A stretch of 64,000 bases of DNA from the human T2T-CHM13v2.0 reference genome, Homo sapiens: the NCBI RefSeq assembly GCF_009914755.1, contig NC_060928.1; one strand, written 5' to 3'. The position numbers and the translations under genes are program-made. The notes beneath the pieces were generated by a model. It made no database searches and had not been told where the DNA came from. It worked only from the letters and a program-made list of their open reading frames with translations. This document shows, piece after piece, positions 13,329 through 25,739 of the stretch. How positions within the stretch are numbered: position 1 is the first letter of the stretch; the number at the start of each line of letters is the position of its first letter.

Positions 13329-13543
13329 ATATATATGTATTTCATTATATATATTTATATATTATATACAATACATATAATATGTAACATATAATATTAT
13401 AATATATATTATATATAATATAATATATTATAATATATATTATATATAATATAATATATTATATATAATATAATATATTATAATATATAATATATAATAT
13501 AATATAAAAATATATAATACATAAATATATATATAATGAAATA
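13329..13543. repeat. AT-only low-complexity/minisatellite array with inverted arms
   Basis: About 200 bp almost free of G/C, with reiterated ATATAATATAATATATT units. Confidence 0.95.
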
Positions 13544-13994
13544 TTATTCAGCCTTAAAATGAAGTAAGTTCTGTCACATGATACAATATGAATGAAACTC
13601 GAGGACAAAATTCCTAAGTGAAATAAGCTGATCATGAAAAGACAAATTCTGTATGATTCCATGTATATAAAATATACTAATAGAAACAGAAATTTGGTGG
13701 TTGCCAGGTGCTTGGGGGACAGGGAAATGGAGAGTTATATTTCAATTTGATACAGAGTTTCAGTCTGGCAAGATGAAAAAGTTCTAGAACTCTGTTGCAC
13801 AACTATGTTAATATAATTAACACTACTTAACTATTTTTTAAAAAGACAAACTGTTGACAAATCACTACAAAGAGAAGTATGGGAAATAAGAAAAAAATTA
13901 AAAAGCAAAATTATCTACAGCCAGACCACCCTAATACTAACATTAATTGCACCCTGAGAGAAGACACAGACTCTCAGAACAGAAGAGAATGCCA

Positions 13995-14085
13995 GTAATT
14001 ACAGCTGGAAAATCCAAGCCTCAGAGAAGTAATTTATTTAAAATCACACAGAGTTGGTGGCAGAATCAGGACTAGAGCATTTATA
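13995..14085 (-). mobile_element. MIR fragment
   Basis: TTACAGCTGGAAAA..AAGCCTCAGAGAAGT...ATCACACAG..GGTGGCAGAATCAGGACTAGA. Confidence 0.65.
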
Positions 14086-14844
14086 TTTTCAGTTTTACAT
14101 CAATTCAATAATCGTTTAAAAATATGTTGTTCTTTCAATTATGTAAGAAATATGGAAGTCTAGAAATACAGAAAAGTCTGAGGAGCCATAGAAAGCAAAA
14201 CAAAAACAAAACTCTGTGAGATTTGTCAGAAGTATCTGAACTGTGTGGATCCAACCAAGGTGTCAATGTTGTTAGTTAGCGGTGAATACTAGTGCTTGTG
14301 AGACCACACAATTATATGATTTTCGTGTCCCAAAACTGGGAGGACAAAATGACCACATGAACACATTGCTAGGACCATCGTATGTCATTGGACGAGATAT
14401 ATGCAAGTAAGAGGCTCGGAAACTTAAGCTTCATTATCTCAACCAGAAATTTGCCACAGCACATTTTAACAGCTCAAGGCTGCAATGTTACTTCAGAGAA
14501 TGGCACCCTAAACACTTGGCCATTTTATCTTCATAAAAAAAAAATATGTGGCATAGGCAGACTGTTAATATAATAATTATTGTTTTTATATGGAAATGCA
14601 ATATTAAAATAAATAGTTCGTGTGAATTAAGGCATCCCAACTATAGAAGACAATATACACAAGACAAAATTAAAAGGCAGTCATCAAGCTGTATCTGCAC
14701 AACACGAAATATGTTATATACACACTTAGATGTTCACACACACACTTTCTTAAAATCCAAATAAAATCAGTAAAAAAATTAGATATTTTGCTTGATATTT
14801 TCAGGTACTTGGTTTTGCTCAGTAATTTTATCAGTCAATAATTG

Positions 14845-15020
14845 GTAAATTACCCTCTGTAAGCTTAGTTTCTTCATCTGTAAAATTAAAATAATGCTAA
14901 CTTTTTGGGTATTCACCATAGGTATATGCCTTATAAGGTGTTGAAAGGAGATATTTGCATATACATATATTAGTGCAGACTCTGGCAAAGAGTAACTCCT
15001 GAAAAATATTTAGCTAATAG
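14845..15020 (+). mobile_element. MIR fragment
   Basis: CTCTGTAAGCTTAGTTTCTTCATCTGTAAAAT...ATAAT...CTGGCAAAGAGTAA. Confidence 0.7.
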
Positions 15021-15239
15021 TTGAATGATTTCGATGCTATCCTATTTAACATAGAATATTAAACATAGAGTATTTAAATTTAATAATTTCAAGATTATCC
15101 ATGCCCAAGTTATGAATAAAACTAAACTAGATCCTTTCTAATTCTCCAAAAATGTAAAGAAATTAATGTGAACTGATACACATTTGATATCTTATTTCTT
15201 TTTTAAAGTCAAATCTAAAAGTTGCTCAAAGGCTTAATT

Positions 15240-15380
15240 TACTTATACCTCTCATTGTTGTTTTTTTTGGTAAGGGTAGCTAAAAATCTATGCATCTAGC
15301 ATGAATCCCCAACACAGTACAATTTCATTAATACGCCTAGAGATCTCATGTTGTACATGAGATCCCCAGATTTATTAATT
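15240..15380 (-). mobile_element. L1MA 3' terminal fragment
   Basis: GCTAAAAATCTA..CATCTAGCA...CAGTACAATTTCATTAA...CATGTTGTACATGAGATCCCCAGA.TT, like the L1MA5-8 3' end. Confidence 0.6.
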
Positions 15381-15436
15381 TGCTTCACTGTACTGACTTT
15401 CTTACAATCTATATATATCCTATAACAACCTTATGG

Positions 15437-15567
15437 TTGATATTTTAAAGTACTCAGTTTTGCTCAGTAATTTTATTAGTAAACAATTGTTAAATTACTC
15501 TCTGTAAGCTTAGTTTTATCATTGTAAACATAATGTTAATGTTATGGATATTCACCATAGGTATGTG
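15437..15567 (+). repeat. Dispersed direct duplicate of 14792-14928
   Basis: Shared GTTTTGCTCAGTAATTTTAT, CTCTGTAAGCTTAGTTT and TATTCACCATAGGTAT; about 85% identical by hand alignment. Confidence 0.92.
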
Positions 15568-18334
15568 AAACCTGAAATATAAACCATAGAATTTACTTCT
15601 TAAAATTTTAAAGTTATAAAAGGGGCTTAATTTAATATGCCCTCCTTTAAGAAGGCAGAGAAAATGTGTCTCATTTAGTTAAGAAGATGTTTTTAATGAT
15701 AAATTGTACATAAAGCTATTGATGACAGTGCTTGTTGAGTGTTTACCATTTATCATTGATCTGTTACTCATGTAAAACTGAATGATATAATAAAATCATT
15801 CCCGATTAAGTCCTTAACTAAGTCCAGAAGAAAATTGTTAACAAACATGTTAAGTGCAATTACCTCCTAATTCTTACTTAAAATAACATCATTTATTAGA
15901 AGACAATATCTTCAAAATCCATGTGTTTTTTTATTGAAATAACTTTAATCAACGATTTATAATAAATAGTTGCTAAGAGTCTAGCTATCTGGGTTCTGCT
16001 CCTATGTTTTCAATAAACTCATTTTTATGACCACATTTAAGGCTTCCATATTAAAAAATTAATTGGTAATATTTATTGTCTGCATCTTTTTAGACATTCT
16101 TTCAGCTTAATTGGTGAATATTAAACACAATTTCTTTAAATTAAATAAAACTCTTATTTGACCTCTTTATTTAGTCTTTTTTATGGACATATGATCATCT
16201 CTTAAAACTGTTGCTCTCCTTATGTTGCCCAGGGTAATGTATACTACTTAAAATTTTGTTCTGTGTCCTCTCTCTTATTATCGTAAGTCAAATAAACTTT
16301 CCTTACAATGGGCAAATTAAAGAGTCTGTAAAAGATTATGTTATTAACATCTTTCACTGGGCAACAGTCCTTTAGCCCAATTCAGACTTTATAATGTATA
16401 AAAATATTCCTGTTTGAGGAACAGAAAGGAGAGTAATCAGAGGAAGCAAGAGAAAGCTGCAAAGAAAATGGAGAGATAAGCAGGTAAATTCATGCAGAGA
16501 GATGGAGACTATGGTACCCTGGGAGTAAGATGGAAGGAAAGGTGGCTGGCTATGAAGAGATCAAAGGACCACAGAGGCCACAGTATTAGATGTGTCGTTT
16601 CCAACAATATAGACAATATGTATGAATGTGAGGATAGATGCAGCTGTGGAGAAAGAAAACTGGGCCACAGTGCTTAAGCCTTCAGTGAAGAGACAGAATG
16701 ACTAGGAGAGCTCACAGTAACATGTTTGTAATTGTGATGTACTTAGATGACACAATTTTCAACAGAACTCATGTTTTATAAGACAGAAAATTGATAGAAA
16801 TGGCAATGTTTGGGTGGTGGCCATAAAGGAGGTTGTATGGTCCATCCCCTGGCCTGGCACAGTGTTGTGTGTGGTGGGAGGGAGCTAATATCACTTGGAT
16901 ATGTTTTCAAGCATCATGGCCAGCTGAGGCTAGGAGAAGGAAATGTACCCAGGGAGATTATGGCTCAACATAAACTTTGTGCTCCAAGGATACAAATGAA
17001 AGGGCTTAGTAGAGAAAGAAGAAATGAATGAGTAAATAGGGATGAGATGCTTAAAAACTGATGGAAATTGTCTTAGAGAGTGAGTTTTCTTACAAGAAAC
17101 ATGAGAAGATGTGGCAGATTCTAATGTTGCCATATCTTGTTGCTATATCTTCCTTGAACACTTCCTTCAACAATGCACTATTTTCTTGTATTTGGGAGTT
17201 TTAATTTCCTTTTTGGGCAATTCCTTCAATCTGATTTCAACTGAATTCAAATTGCCAAAATTAACAATATTTTTTAGTATGTGCTTTAGCTTGTACGATC
17301 ACTTAGATTCCAGTAATCATCTTCAAATAACTGTCTCTTAATAATTCTTTGTGAGTGGCTGTGCTGAAAGCATAGGTTAAGAGAGCATAATATTCTTCTG
17401 TCTCAAGTGAAGAATACATTGTCTTTCATATATTAAGAAAAATTATGTTTCATCCTCCAAGTTTATAATTATGGCTTTGTGAGCTAACTATGCATTTGCT
17501 GTCATATTATGTTACATAACTAAGTTACCTGATAAAATTAAGTGTTGTAACATTTACTATATTTTACTATACTCTAACAGTGGCTTTTTATAAATCTCTA
17601 ATTTTTTTTCTAGGAGAGTGTAAAATGTACAAAGTTCAATAAAGTGATGTTGTAACTGTCACTGTTATATGACAGTTTCTCAACTATTCACTTGTTTATG
17701 TCTCTGAATATAATTTTTATGCCCAAATATTCATTTTAGCAGCAAAAAATGAAGATAATAATCCTTAATGTCACTGAAGACATAGTAGATTGCTTCATCT
17801 TATGTGGTCACATTCCTATATCCATTTAACTTTGAAAGCATTCTTTCTGCAAAATTTTAGTTTCCAATGCTCAAGCTGAACATTTCTTTGATACTAAAAA
17901 CTGACATATGAAATGATGAAATATAGACCAAAGGCCTGGAAATTCTCTTTAATTTGTATATTTTTTTAATTTTTTCAGAAAATGCCTTAGGATTTTCTTT
18001 GTCATTTTCAACTAGGATAACCACTGGGGAAGAGCTGAAAGAGATATCATATAAGTCAATGTCCATCTTTCTCATTATTTGACTCCATTCTTAGCTGTTT
18101 CTTCCCTTAGGGAGATTATTCTCACAAATAATCCTTTAAGGTTGTAGTTAATACACCAGTGTTTCTACAATAAACAGTTACACAAAAGTGTCACGTATGC
18201 CGCAGAAAATTTTTGAAAATTTTACCTTTTACTATTTTTAATGAATTAACTATTTTACAAATATGTGTATTGCCACTTATAAAGTATATTCTATATGATA
18301 ACGACAGGGCTAAGTGCTTATATAATCTTTTTTT

Positions 18335-18845
18335 TCTAGATATGATTAACAAAAGTACAACTAAAATTACCTTAAGAAAAATTGGAAATTTATTGACTGA
18401 AAACATCAAATCAGGCCTGCCTTAAGGAAAAGGTAGAAGTTGGCCTTGTCAATGACTAGAAACTGTGCTTTAGCAATAATCAAGAATCTGTCTCAATTTC
18501 TCACCTCTGCTCCTTTATACCCATCAAATTTTCTCTCCCTACAATTAAAAAATTTTTTTATGACCAAAAACATAGTTAATGGCAATTTCTGGCTTTTATA
18601 ACTTATACTTTCAGTTCACAGGACTGAGGTTTTTCTTGATTTCAGTTCATAAATGCCCAAGAAGGAACTCAGATTAGCTTAGTCTGGCTCAGATGCCCAC
18701 CTTTAGGTTAGGGCAAATCAGTGTGAGTAGAGTTTGTGTTAGGTATTATAAAATTAAAGATTTTTATTTAATCATATGAATTTTAATGGAAAATAGGGAG
18801 TTGATTACCAGAAACGTTTGGGGTAGGCCACACACAGCTCCCCAG
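18335..18845 (-). mobile_element. MLT1K/L-like MaLR LTR
   Basis: CAACTAAAATTACCTTAAGAAAAATTGGAAATTTATTGACT...GGAACTCAGATTAGCTTAGTCTGGCTCAGATGCCCACC. Confidence 0.6.
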
Positions 18846-18854
18846 AAGATTATT

Positions 18855-18904
18855 TGCTACAGTTTGAATGTTTATGTACTCTCCAAAATTCATGTGTTGA
18901 AACA
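18855..18904 (+). mobile_element. 5' stub of an MST/MLT1A-type MaLR LTR
   Basis: TGCTACAGTTTGAATGTTTATGTACTCTCCAAAATTCATGTGTTGAAAC matches the start of MST-family LTRs. Confidence 0.7.
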
Positions 18905-19948
18905 TATCGAGGGAACCAGCCCCCAATATTTCAACATAGGTCCTTTCTATTTTCCCTAAGTGTAGGCTAGGCTGAGAAATAAAGAGAAAGAGTACAAACA
19001 GAGGAATTTTACAGCTGGGCCTCTGGGGGTAATATCACGTATCGGTAGGTCCGTGATGTCCCCTGAGCCACAAAACCAGCAGGTTTTTATTCAGGATTTT
19101 AAAAGGGGAAGGGGTGTACGAACAGAGAGTAGCTCACAAAGATCACATGCTTCAAAGAGCAATAAAGATCACAAGGCAAAGGCAAAATTACAATGACTGA
19201 TGAGGGTCTATGGCCTGCTGTGCATGTATTGTCTTGATAAACGTCTTAACAGAAAACAGGGATTGAGAGCAGAGAACTGGTCTGACCAAAATGTACTGGG
19301 CTGGAAGTTCCCAATCCTAGTAAGCCTGAGGGTACTCCAGGAGACCAGGGTGTATTTCAGTCCTTATCTCAACTGCATAAGACAGACACTCCCAGAGCGG
19401 TTGTTTATAAACCTCCCACCAGGAATGCATTCCTTCCCCAGGGTATTCTTTGCTGGGAAAAGAATTCAGCGATATCTCTCTTACTTGCACATCCATTTAT
19501 AGGCTCTCTGCAAGAAGAAAAATATGGCTCTATTCTGCCCAACCCCACAGGCAGTCAGACCTTATGGTTATCTTCCCTTGTTCCCTGAAAATCGCTGTTA
19601 TTCTGTTATTTTTCAAGGTGCACTGATTTCATATTGTTCAAACACATGTTTTACAAACAATTTGTACAATAGTGGTCCTGAGGTGACATACATTCTCAGT
19701 TTACGAAGATAACGGGATTAAGAGATTAAAGAAAAGACAGGCATAAGAAATTATATGAATATTATTAGGGAAGTGATAAATGTCCATGAAATCTTCACAA
19801 TTTATGTTCAGAGATTGCAATAAAGTCACGCGTAAGAAATTATAAAAGTATTGTTTTGGGAACTGACAAATGTCCATGAAATCTTCACAATTTACGTTCA
19901 GAGATTGCAGTATAGACAGGTGTAAGAAATTATAAAAGTATTAATTTG
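18905..19948 (-). mobile_element. MER11 (HERV-K11/HML-8) LTR, 5'-truncated
   Basis: Starts TATCGAGGGAACCAGCCCCCAATATTTCAAC (reverse complement of the MER11 3' end); carries the family's ~90-bp repeats AAATGTCCATGAAATCTTCACAATTTA (19735-19948). Confidence 0.92.
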
Positions 19949-19949
19949 C

Positions 19950-22300
19950 AAGACAACAGTAGGTCACAAACAGTCACATTTACTTGACATGCAGACCAGT
20001 GAGCAACTGCCTTTTGGAGTATCCCATGAAAGAGAAGACGGAAGGGTAATTTCTTTTCCAAACTCCCTCTTATCTCCTATTACCAATTGGTTGAAGTTTA
20101 CCTCATGCAATAGTAACCTCTCCTCACATCCAATTTGCATTGGAGAATCACATAGGTGATTGTTCATTATTTCATAATACCACAAACCCTGTTATGGCAT
20201 TTCACTAAGATTTGAATCTGGTGAGAAGATCCAGAAACAAAACAAAACAAAACAAAACAAAAAACCCAGGTTGATTATGCTTTGCTGTCCCAGAACAAGT
20301 GATTATGCCATGATTGTGGCAGCACGGTCCAAGAGGTAGAAAGTGTATTCAGACGGAAAGAACCAAAACAAAATAGGCAAATAAGATTTGTCTGATACAG
20401 TCTACTTCTTGTGCCACTCAATGCACTCATGTCTTCCCACTGTATATAGATTCCATTTTACAATATTAAGCTTACGCTTTTTTATGAGAATAAAGATATT
20501 CTCACTCCTTCTCTCAAAGGGGAAGTACACCATTCTTCAAGTTGGAGGCCAGTTATAATATCCTAGAAGACTTCAGCAAAGGAGATGTTAAAATAAGATA
20601 CAGTCTTTGCTGCTTTATGTGGTCTTGTGATCATAACTTACATTCATCATCGTCCTTGTCCTCTACCTATTTTAGTTCATCTCATATTTTGCTAGTACGT
20701 CAGATGGTCTGGCTCACATTTGCCATATCTTCATTCTTAGTTTTTAGAATTCTTGCTAGCCCTATCCTGTGTTGTGGTGGTTGTTATCACTTATTGGTGT
20801 TCTTTACTGAACAAGGAACAACAAAGAGAAGCATTAGTGAACTTCCTGAGTTCTAGACACATTCATCTTCAACTTTATTGTGAAGGGGCAACTCTGGATC
20901 CTTAAGTACCTCAGTAAACCATTTAAATCTGCCCATGAGTCAGTCTACAATGTACCTTAGATAAATGCTCCCTCCACATGAAGTGGGTGGCCAAGTTTTC
21001 CCACAGCTCCTTACTCTTATTTCCCTTCCAACACCATCTTTTACAGACAGTCAGATAGAGTTGTCATGTGACAGCCATCCATGTTCAGCTATCCATGACA
21101 GCTATCCATGACAGCACTAACATATTATGCCAGCTGATCTGTGAATCTGGCAGAGTCTGTTCCTCTTTTGTTCATTATTCAAAGGGAACAGACCATCAGT
21201 GTGCAGTGAGGGAAATTTAGTAATGCAGTAGTAGACCAGCAGTCTAGGCCACTCTTTTGAGATGATTTGTTTGTGAATTCTGGACCTGCACAAACTCAGT
21301 CCTCAATATACCTTTTCCATCACACAATAGTTTGTTGTTGTAAATCCACACCTTTTTACTCAGAGAATAACACCTAGCTGATGACATAAACTTCCGGTCA
21401 CACAGTCTTTTGACCTAGCTCATGATATAAACCTCAGGTCATGCAGTCTTTTGGTATGTCTCATGGTCAGAAGCTGAGGCTCAATCTAGTGACAATGGGA
21501 CACCAGGACTTCTATGAATAGATTATTTTCTGGCCACAGACCACATACCCCTGCTCCAGAATGCTAAGACTTTTAAATTTGAATATGCCAATATTATTAC
21601 TTAGGGTATTATTGGCAACATAGATCTGCTAAATCATATGACACCTGAATCAGAGAACTTTGCACTGATAGCCTAAATCTACTGCAAAGCTCTGTCTTGC
21701 TCTGGAACTCATTCAAATTTTCCACGCTGCTTGGTTGCCCAATAAATGTTTGGAACAATATTCCAAATTGAAATATATGCTGCCTTCAAAGTCTGAAGAG
21801 GCTCCAAAGGTACTCTACCTCTTTCTAAATTGTTGGTTATACAAATAAAACAGCATTTTATTTATATCAAAGTGGATATTCCAGTATGTCCCAGACACCC
21901 AGGTATCTAAAAACTTTCCTAAGAATACCCATTAGCCACTTCCATAGTTTCCTGTGGTTCAAGGCTCTCTGATTGTCACTTTGACTTTATAGTCCATTGC
22001 GGTAATTATGTCTACCTTTGTTTCTGATGGTTAACTACTGTCATTAGTTTGCATTACAGAATTATATGATTCTCCACTGATATTAGGGGGTTCAAGCTAA
22101 TGGTGGCATCCCTCACCAAAAACTCTAGCTTATAGTAGTTAGCTGCCAGCATTGGTTTTCAGAAATGCTGAATCCCAATTTACCAGTGCATTTTTAATTG
22201 CTAGGTGAAGGAGATAACATCTGGGCCCCTCTGGAGCATTTAGTCAGGTACTCATTTATTATCCTATAATAAATTTATCTGAAAGAAATAGGGACTCCAT
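19950..22300 (-). mobile_element. Class III ERV (ERV-L / MLT1-int type) internal gag-pol remnant
   Basis: Reverse strand gives decayed ERV-L motifs: ~EGPxxxSFTxAIKNAL gag (about 22190-22245), KFLG..W pol (about 21880-21915), L.FWS..M (about 21545-21570), RPELPIMSW-like (about 21415-21450); no intact ORF. Confidence 0.7.
20235..20264 (+). repeat. (AAAAC)n microsatellite
   Basis: AAACAAAACAAAACAAAACAAAACAAAAAA. Confidence 0.9.
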
Positions 22301-22769
22301 TTCTTAATAAGAAGGATTCTAAAAATTCCCGTCACATAAAAATATTCCACCTATTCTTTCACCTGTGGAAAGCTGAGATAAATGTTCCACCATATTTCCT
22401 GTTTTCCATTGGTCAAAGGTCACCCATGGGAAACTAAATCTCTGCCCTTGCAGGTTGCATCATTTGATACCTTATATTGCTGTCTTACAATTGACACCTT
22501 ACTTGGTGCCAGATCCAATGCCACATAATCCATTGTTCCATCCACCATCTAGAAATGGTGGGAGGCTGGAAACTCCTGGCATTGTGTTGGTCGAGCTGGC
22601 ATGCACTCTCAGGACGAGTGTCCTCTCTGTTGTTCACTGGACAGATTTGTAGGCAGATGGGTCATGAGGACGGAATAAAACCATTCTGGAAATTGGGGAG
22701 CCATGTAAGCTTTTTGTCTGAAACAATCACCCCCTCTCTGAAACCTCATATCTAAAGTAGAATTGTTTT

Positions 22770-23220
22770 GAAATTATTAACATCTTACATGTCTGTGTTC
22801 CTCATTGAACTGAGAATTCCTGAGGGCAAGAATTCAATTGTCTATTTATTTTTGTATTTCTGTTTTTTTTTTAATTGTTGTTTTGATTTTCGAGACAGGA
22901 TCTCACCCTTTTACCCAGGCTGGAGTGCAGTGGCATGGTCAAGGCTAACTGCAGCTTTGACCTCCAGGGCTCAATCAACCCTCCCACCTCAGCCTCCCAA
23001 GTAGGTGGGACTACAGGTGTGTGCCACCGTGCCTGGCCAATCTTTGAATTTTTTGTAGAGATGTGGTTTTGCCATGTTACCCAGACTGGTCTCTAATTCT
23101 TGGGCTCAAGTGATCCTCCTGCCTCAGCTTCCCAAATTGCTGGGATTATAGGCATCAGTTACCAGGACTGGCCTATTTTTTTGTATTTCTAAGGTCGGTA
23201 CAGTACCTGATACAAAATAA
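22770..23220 (+). mobile_element. L2 3' end split by an AluJ
   Basis: TGTCTGTGTTCCTCATTGAACTGAGAATTCCTGAGGGCAAG...[Alu]...GTACAGTACCTGATACA. Confidence 0.65.
22862..23173 (-). mobile_element. AluJ
   Basis: GAGACAGGATCTCAC...CTGCAGCTTTGACCTCC.GGGCTCAA...TGGGCTCAAGTGATCCTCCTGCCTCAG; TSD core TTTTTGTATTTCT on both sides. Confidence 0.94.
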
Positions 23221-24799
23221 ACTGTAAAATAATTATACTTATAAGTAATACAGAAAAAAGTTTTATAAAGATACCAACACTTAGTGTGGTTTCTAAAACA
23301 ACTCATTTTAATCTTCACTTTCAGAAGAAGAGGATTCTCTTTAAGAACATTGTATTTATATATATATATACCTAATTTGAAGAATAGGTTATTCAAATCA
23401 TGGCTCCATTTTTCTGAGGCCCAAATGTGGGTTCATAATTCTTGACCTAACAACCCAGAGCCAAGCTCAGACAAAGCCAGAATTATTAACAAGACATTTG
23501 TGTAGTAACAAGAACAGAAAATGTGATTTTAATGGAGAATAGATTGAAATTAGCTTAATCTCATAATTATGCCCTGCAGTATCTAGAAAAGAAGGAGAAA
23601 TGGTTCATTAATATAAAAATATTATTGGATAATCATAAATATTCAGAGAACACGGTATAATTTTTAGAAGTTCTTTACTTTGCCTGAATCTCTAATCAGG
23701 CTCTTGAACATTGATTTTTCCTTTATTCCCCTTACTCCTAGAACATTTCATTCCCACCTCCATTGTCTGTACCTGTCTGCATGGGGTCAGAAACTTCTTT
23801 TTATAACATAACCTGATGTTTTTGTGTCAACAGAATTTTTTACTTTTTCTGTTTTCTATTTAACCAAAGACCTGTCTCCTAAAACTGGTGAAGATTGCAT
23901 GAAAATAATAAGGCGAGTTGAAGTGGGAGTTAAATGAACAAAATTCTGTATTGCCTCATTTATTCTATAATAAAAAATGTTTCAGGTAAATTAAATTTAA
24001 ATAATTTTATATTTGTCATTTATTTTTCGGTGATAAGGTAGTGACAGAAACCATTAACGTGAAAATGTGTCTTTAGTACTAGCTTTGCTATATTCTGAAG
24101 AATTTTAAATGCTTGTTGAGTGTACCAACTTCTGAAATATAGATTTTTAAAATCCAAAGTAGAAACTCAATTTAATAGAATTAAAATAAGGACTTTATAT
24201 CCGTAATTACCAACGTACTTATTTCCCTGGATCCCATGATGCTAGAAAAACAAGCATTCTACCACTGCTTTCCCACTATGTATTCACAGTAACGTGAAAA
24301 TAAGGTCAGCAGGATATTAATAAATTAGATTATGGTTTTTTATTTGGCAGTTGCTTGCCAGCTGCTTCTAATTTGCTCTTTTCACCTTCCTATTGAAATA
24401 ATATAAACAAGAGGTAGGCTTTTATTATAATGTGTGAATTGTTCTTATTCTGTCCAGCCCAGCTAGCCTTATTTCTGGCTATGATACTAATACAGAAGCT
24501 CTCTGATATAAGAGTTTCAAAGATGTTCATTCATATCTGAACACATAATTTGTTACTGTTCTTATATTTTCATTCAATAAGAGGTTTAATGATTTTTTTG
24601 TGTGTTTTCCTACAATTCTCAATGTTTAACATTAATAAACCTGAGACTTATATAGGCAATTTGCTACCTCTGGCATATGATTAAAGCATACCATAAATTT
24701 TGTTTTTAATGCTATGCACATTCTAAGATTCAGTCCAAATAATATTTTTGTACTAGATTATTAAATTATTTCCAAAGATTTTTATGATCAAAATCTCGT

Positions 24800-25050
24800 T
24801 TATTTATATTTATATTCCTATAACAAATAGCACTTACTGTAGACAGGTATTATGCTATATACTGGGGACACATGGCTAAGCAAAGTACAAAAACTCTGCT
24901 CTGTTGGTACTCACAATCTAGAAATGATGACAAGTGTTTACCTCCACTTATTTCTATAAAAAGTCACATGTAACTACATATTATTACAAACTACATAATT
25001 GCAAACTGTTGCAAATGCAGTGAAAGGAAAATATAGGATGCTATGAGAGC
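24800..25050 (-). mobile_element. L2 3' end
   Basis: AACAAATAGCACTTACTGTAGACAGGTATTATGCTA..TACTGGGGACACA...CTCACAATCTAG. Confidence 0.75.
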
Positions 25051-25279
25051 TATTTTTGCTATTAAGCTATTTTCTCTTTCACAAGCCTAACCTTATGGGT
25101 TCTGTGATGCTTGGGCAGGGACTTGAATAACTACATTTATTTTTTGCAGGTTAAATTTCTTTTAGCTTCTGCTAGTAGGGGGCACTAGATGGGGATAAGT
25201 CAATGGTGTCTTTCTCTGTTTGCTGTTCTTGTTTAAAAAACAAAACAAACAAACAAAAAACAAAAACAAAAACAAACCT

Positions 25280-25660
25280 CCCGACAGCAGGAATTGTTTT
25301 CATCAGCAACTGTTTCCAGTTTTCAGATTTTCTCATATTTTCAGAGCCTGCCACATTATAACTCTATCAGAGATAACAAAACTAGCAGTAGAGTGCCATT
25401 TCCTCAGAGGTCAGAAACCCCTCTATGGACACTATCCTCTTAGCTTCAGAAGGACTCACTAGGCAGTTCCCCTTCCTAACCAATAAGAATTTTAGACAAA
25501 CAAAACTCTTCTTTTCATTTCGATAGCTTTAGAGTGGTAGCTACTTCTCGTAATTGCTATTTCTATATTTTCAGATTTTCAGCAACTGTATAAAAATTCA
25601 TCGTTTTAAATTCTGTTGAAATAACTTGTATGGTTTCTATGTCCCTATATGGTTGATACA
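25280..25660 (+). mobile_element. Old ERV-L class LTR (LTR40/41/50-like)
   Basis: TAGAGTGGTAGCTACTTCT.GTAATTGCTA...TAAATTCTGTTGAAATAACTTGTATGGTTTCT...TGATACA terminus. Confidence 0.55.
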
Positions 25661-25739
25661 AGAACAGTTAACAAGGGTACCTTCCAGCAATGGAAATATG
25701 GTAAAGATTTCCCTGAAATGATTTTTGACCTAGATTTAA

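Larger units (their letters stand above)
12030..13835 (+). mobile_element. L1MA10/L1MB-like ORF2 3' part and 3'UTR, interrupted by an AluJ and an AT-rich array
   Basis: TTACAAAACTATAGTAATCAAAACAG...GGAACAGAATAGAGAGCCC...ATTTCTCCAAAGAAGATATACAAATGGCCAATAAGCA...GAGTTTCAGTCTGGCAAGATGAAAAAGTTCTAG. Confidence 0.9.

Noticed and set aside
19735-19948. Repeats of about 90 bp as a CRISPR-like or novel array
   Set aside because: They are contiguous tandem units intrinsic to MER11 LTRs with no unique spacers, and the context is eukaryotic.
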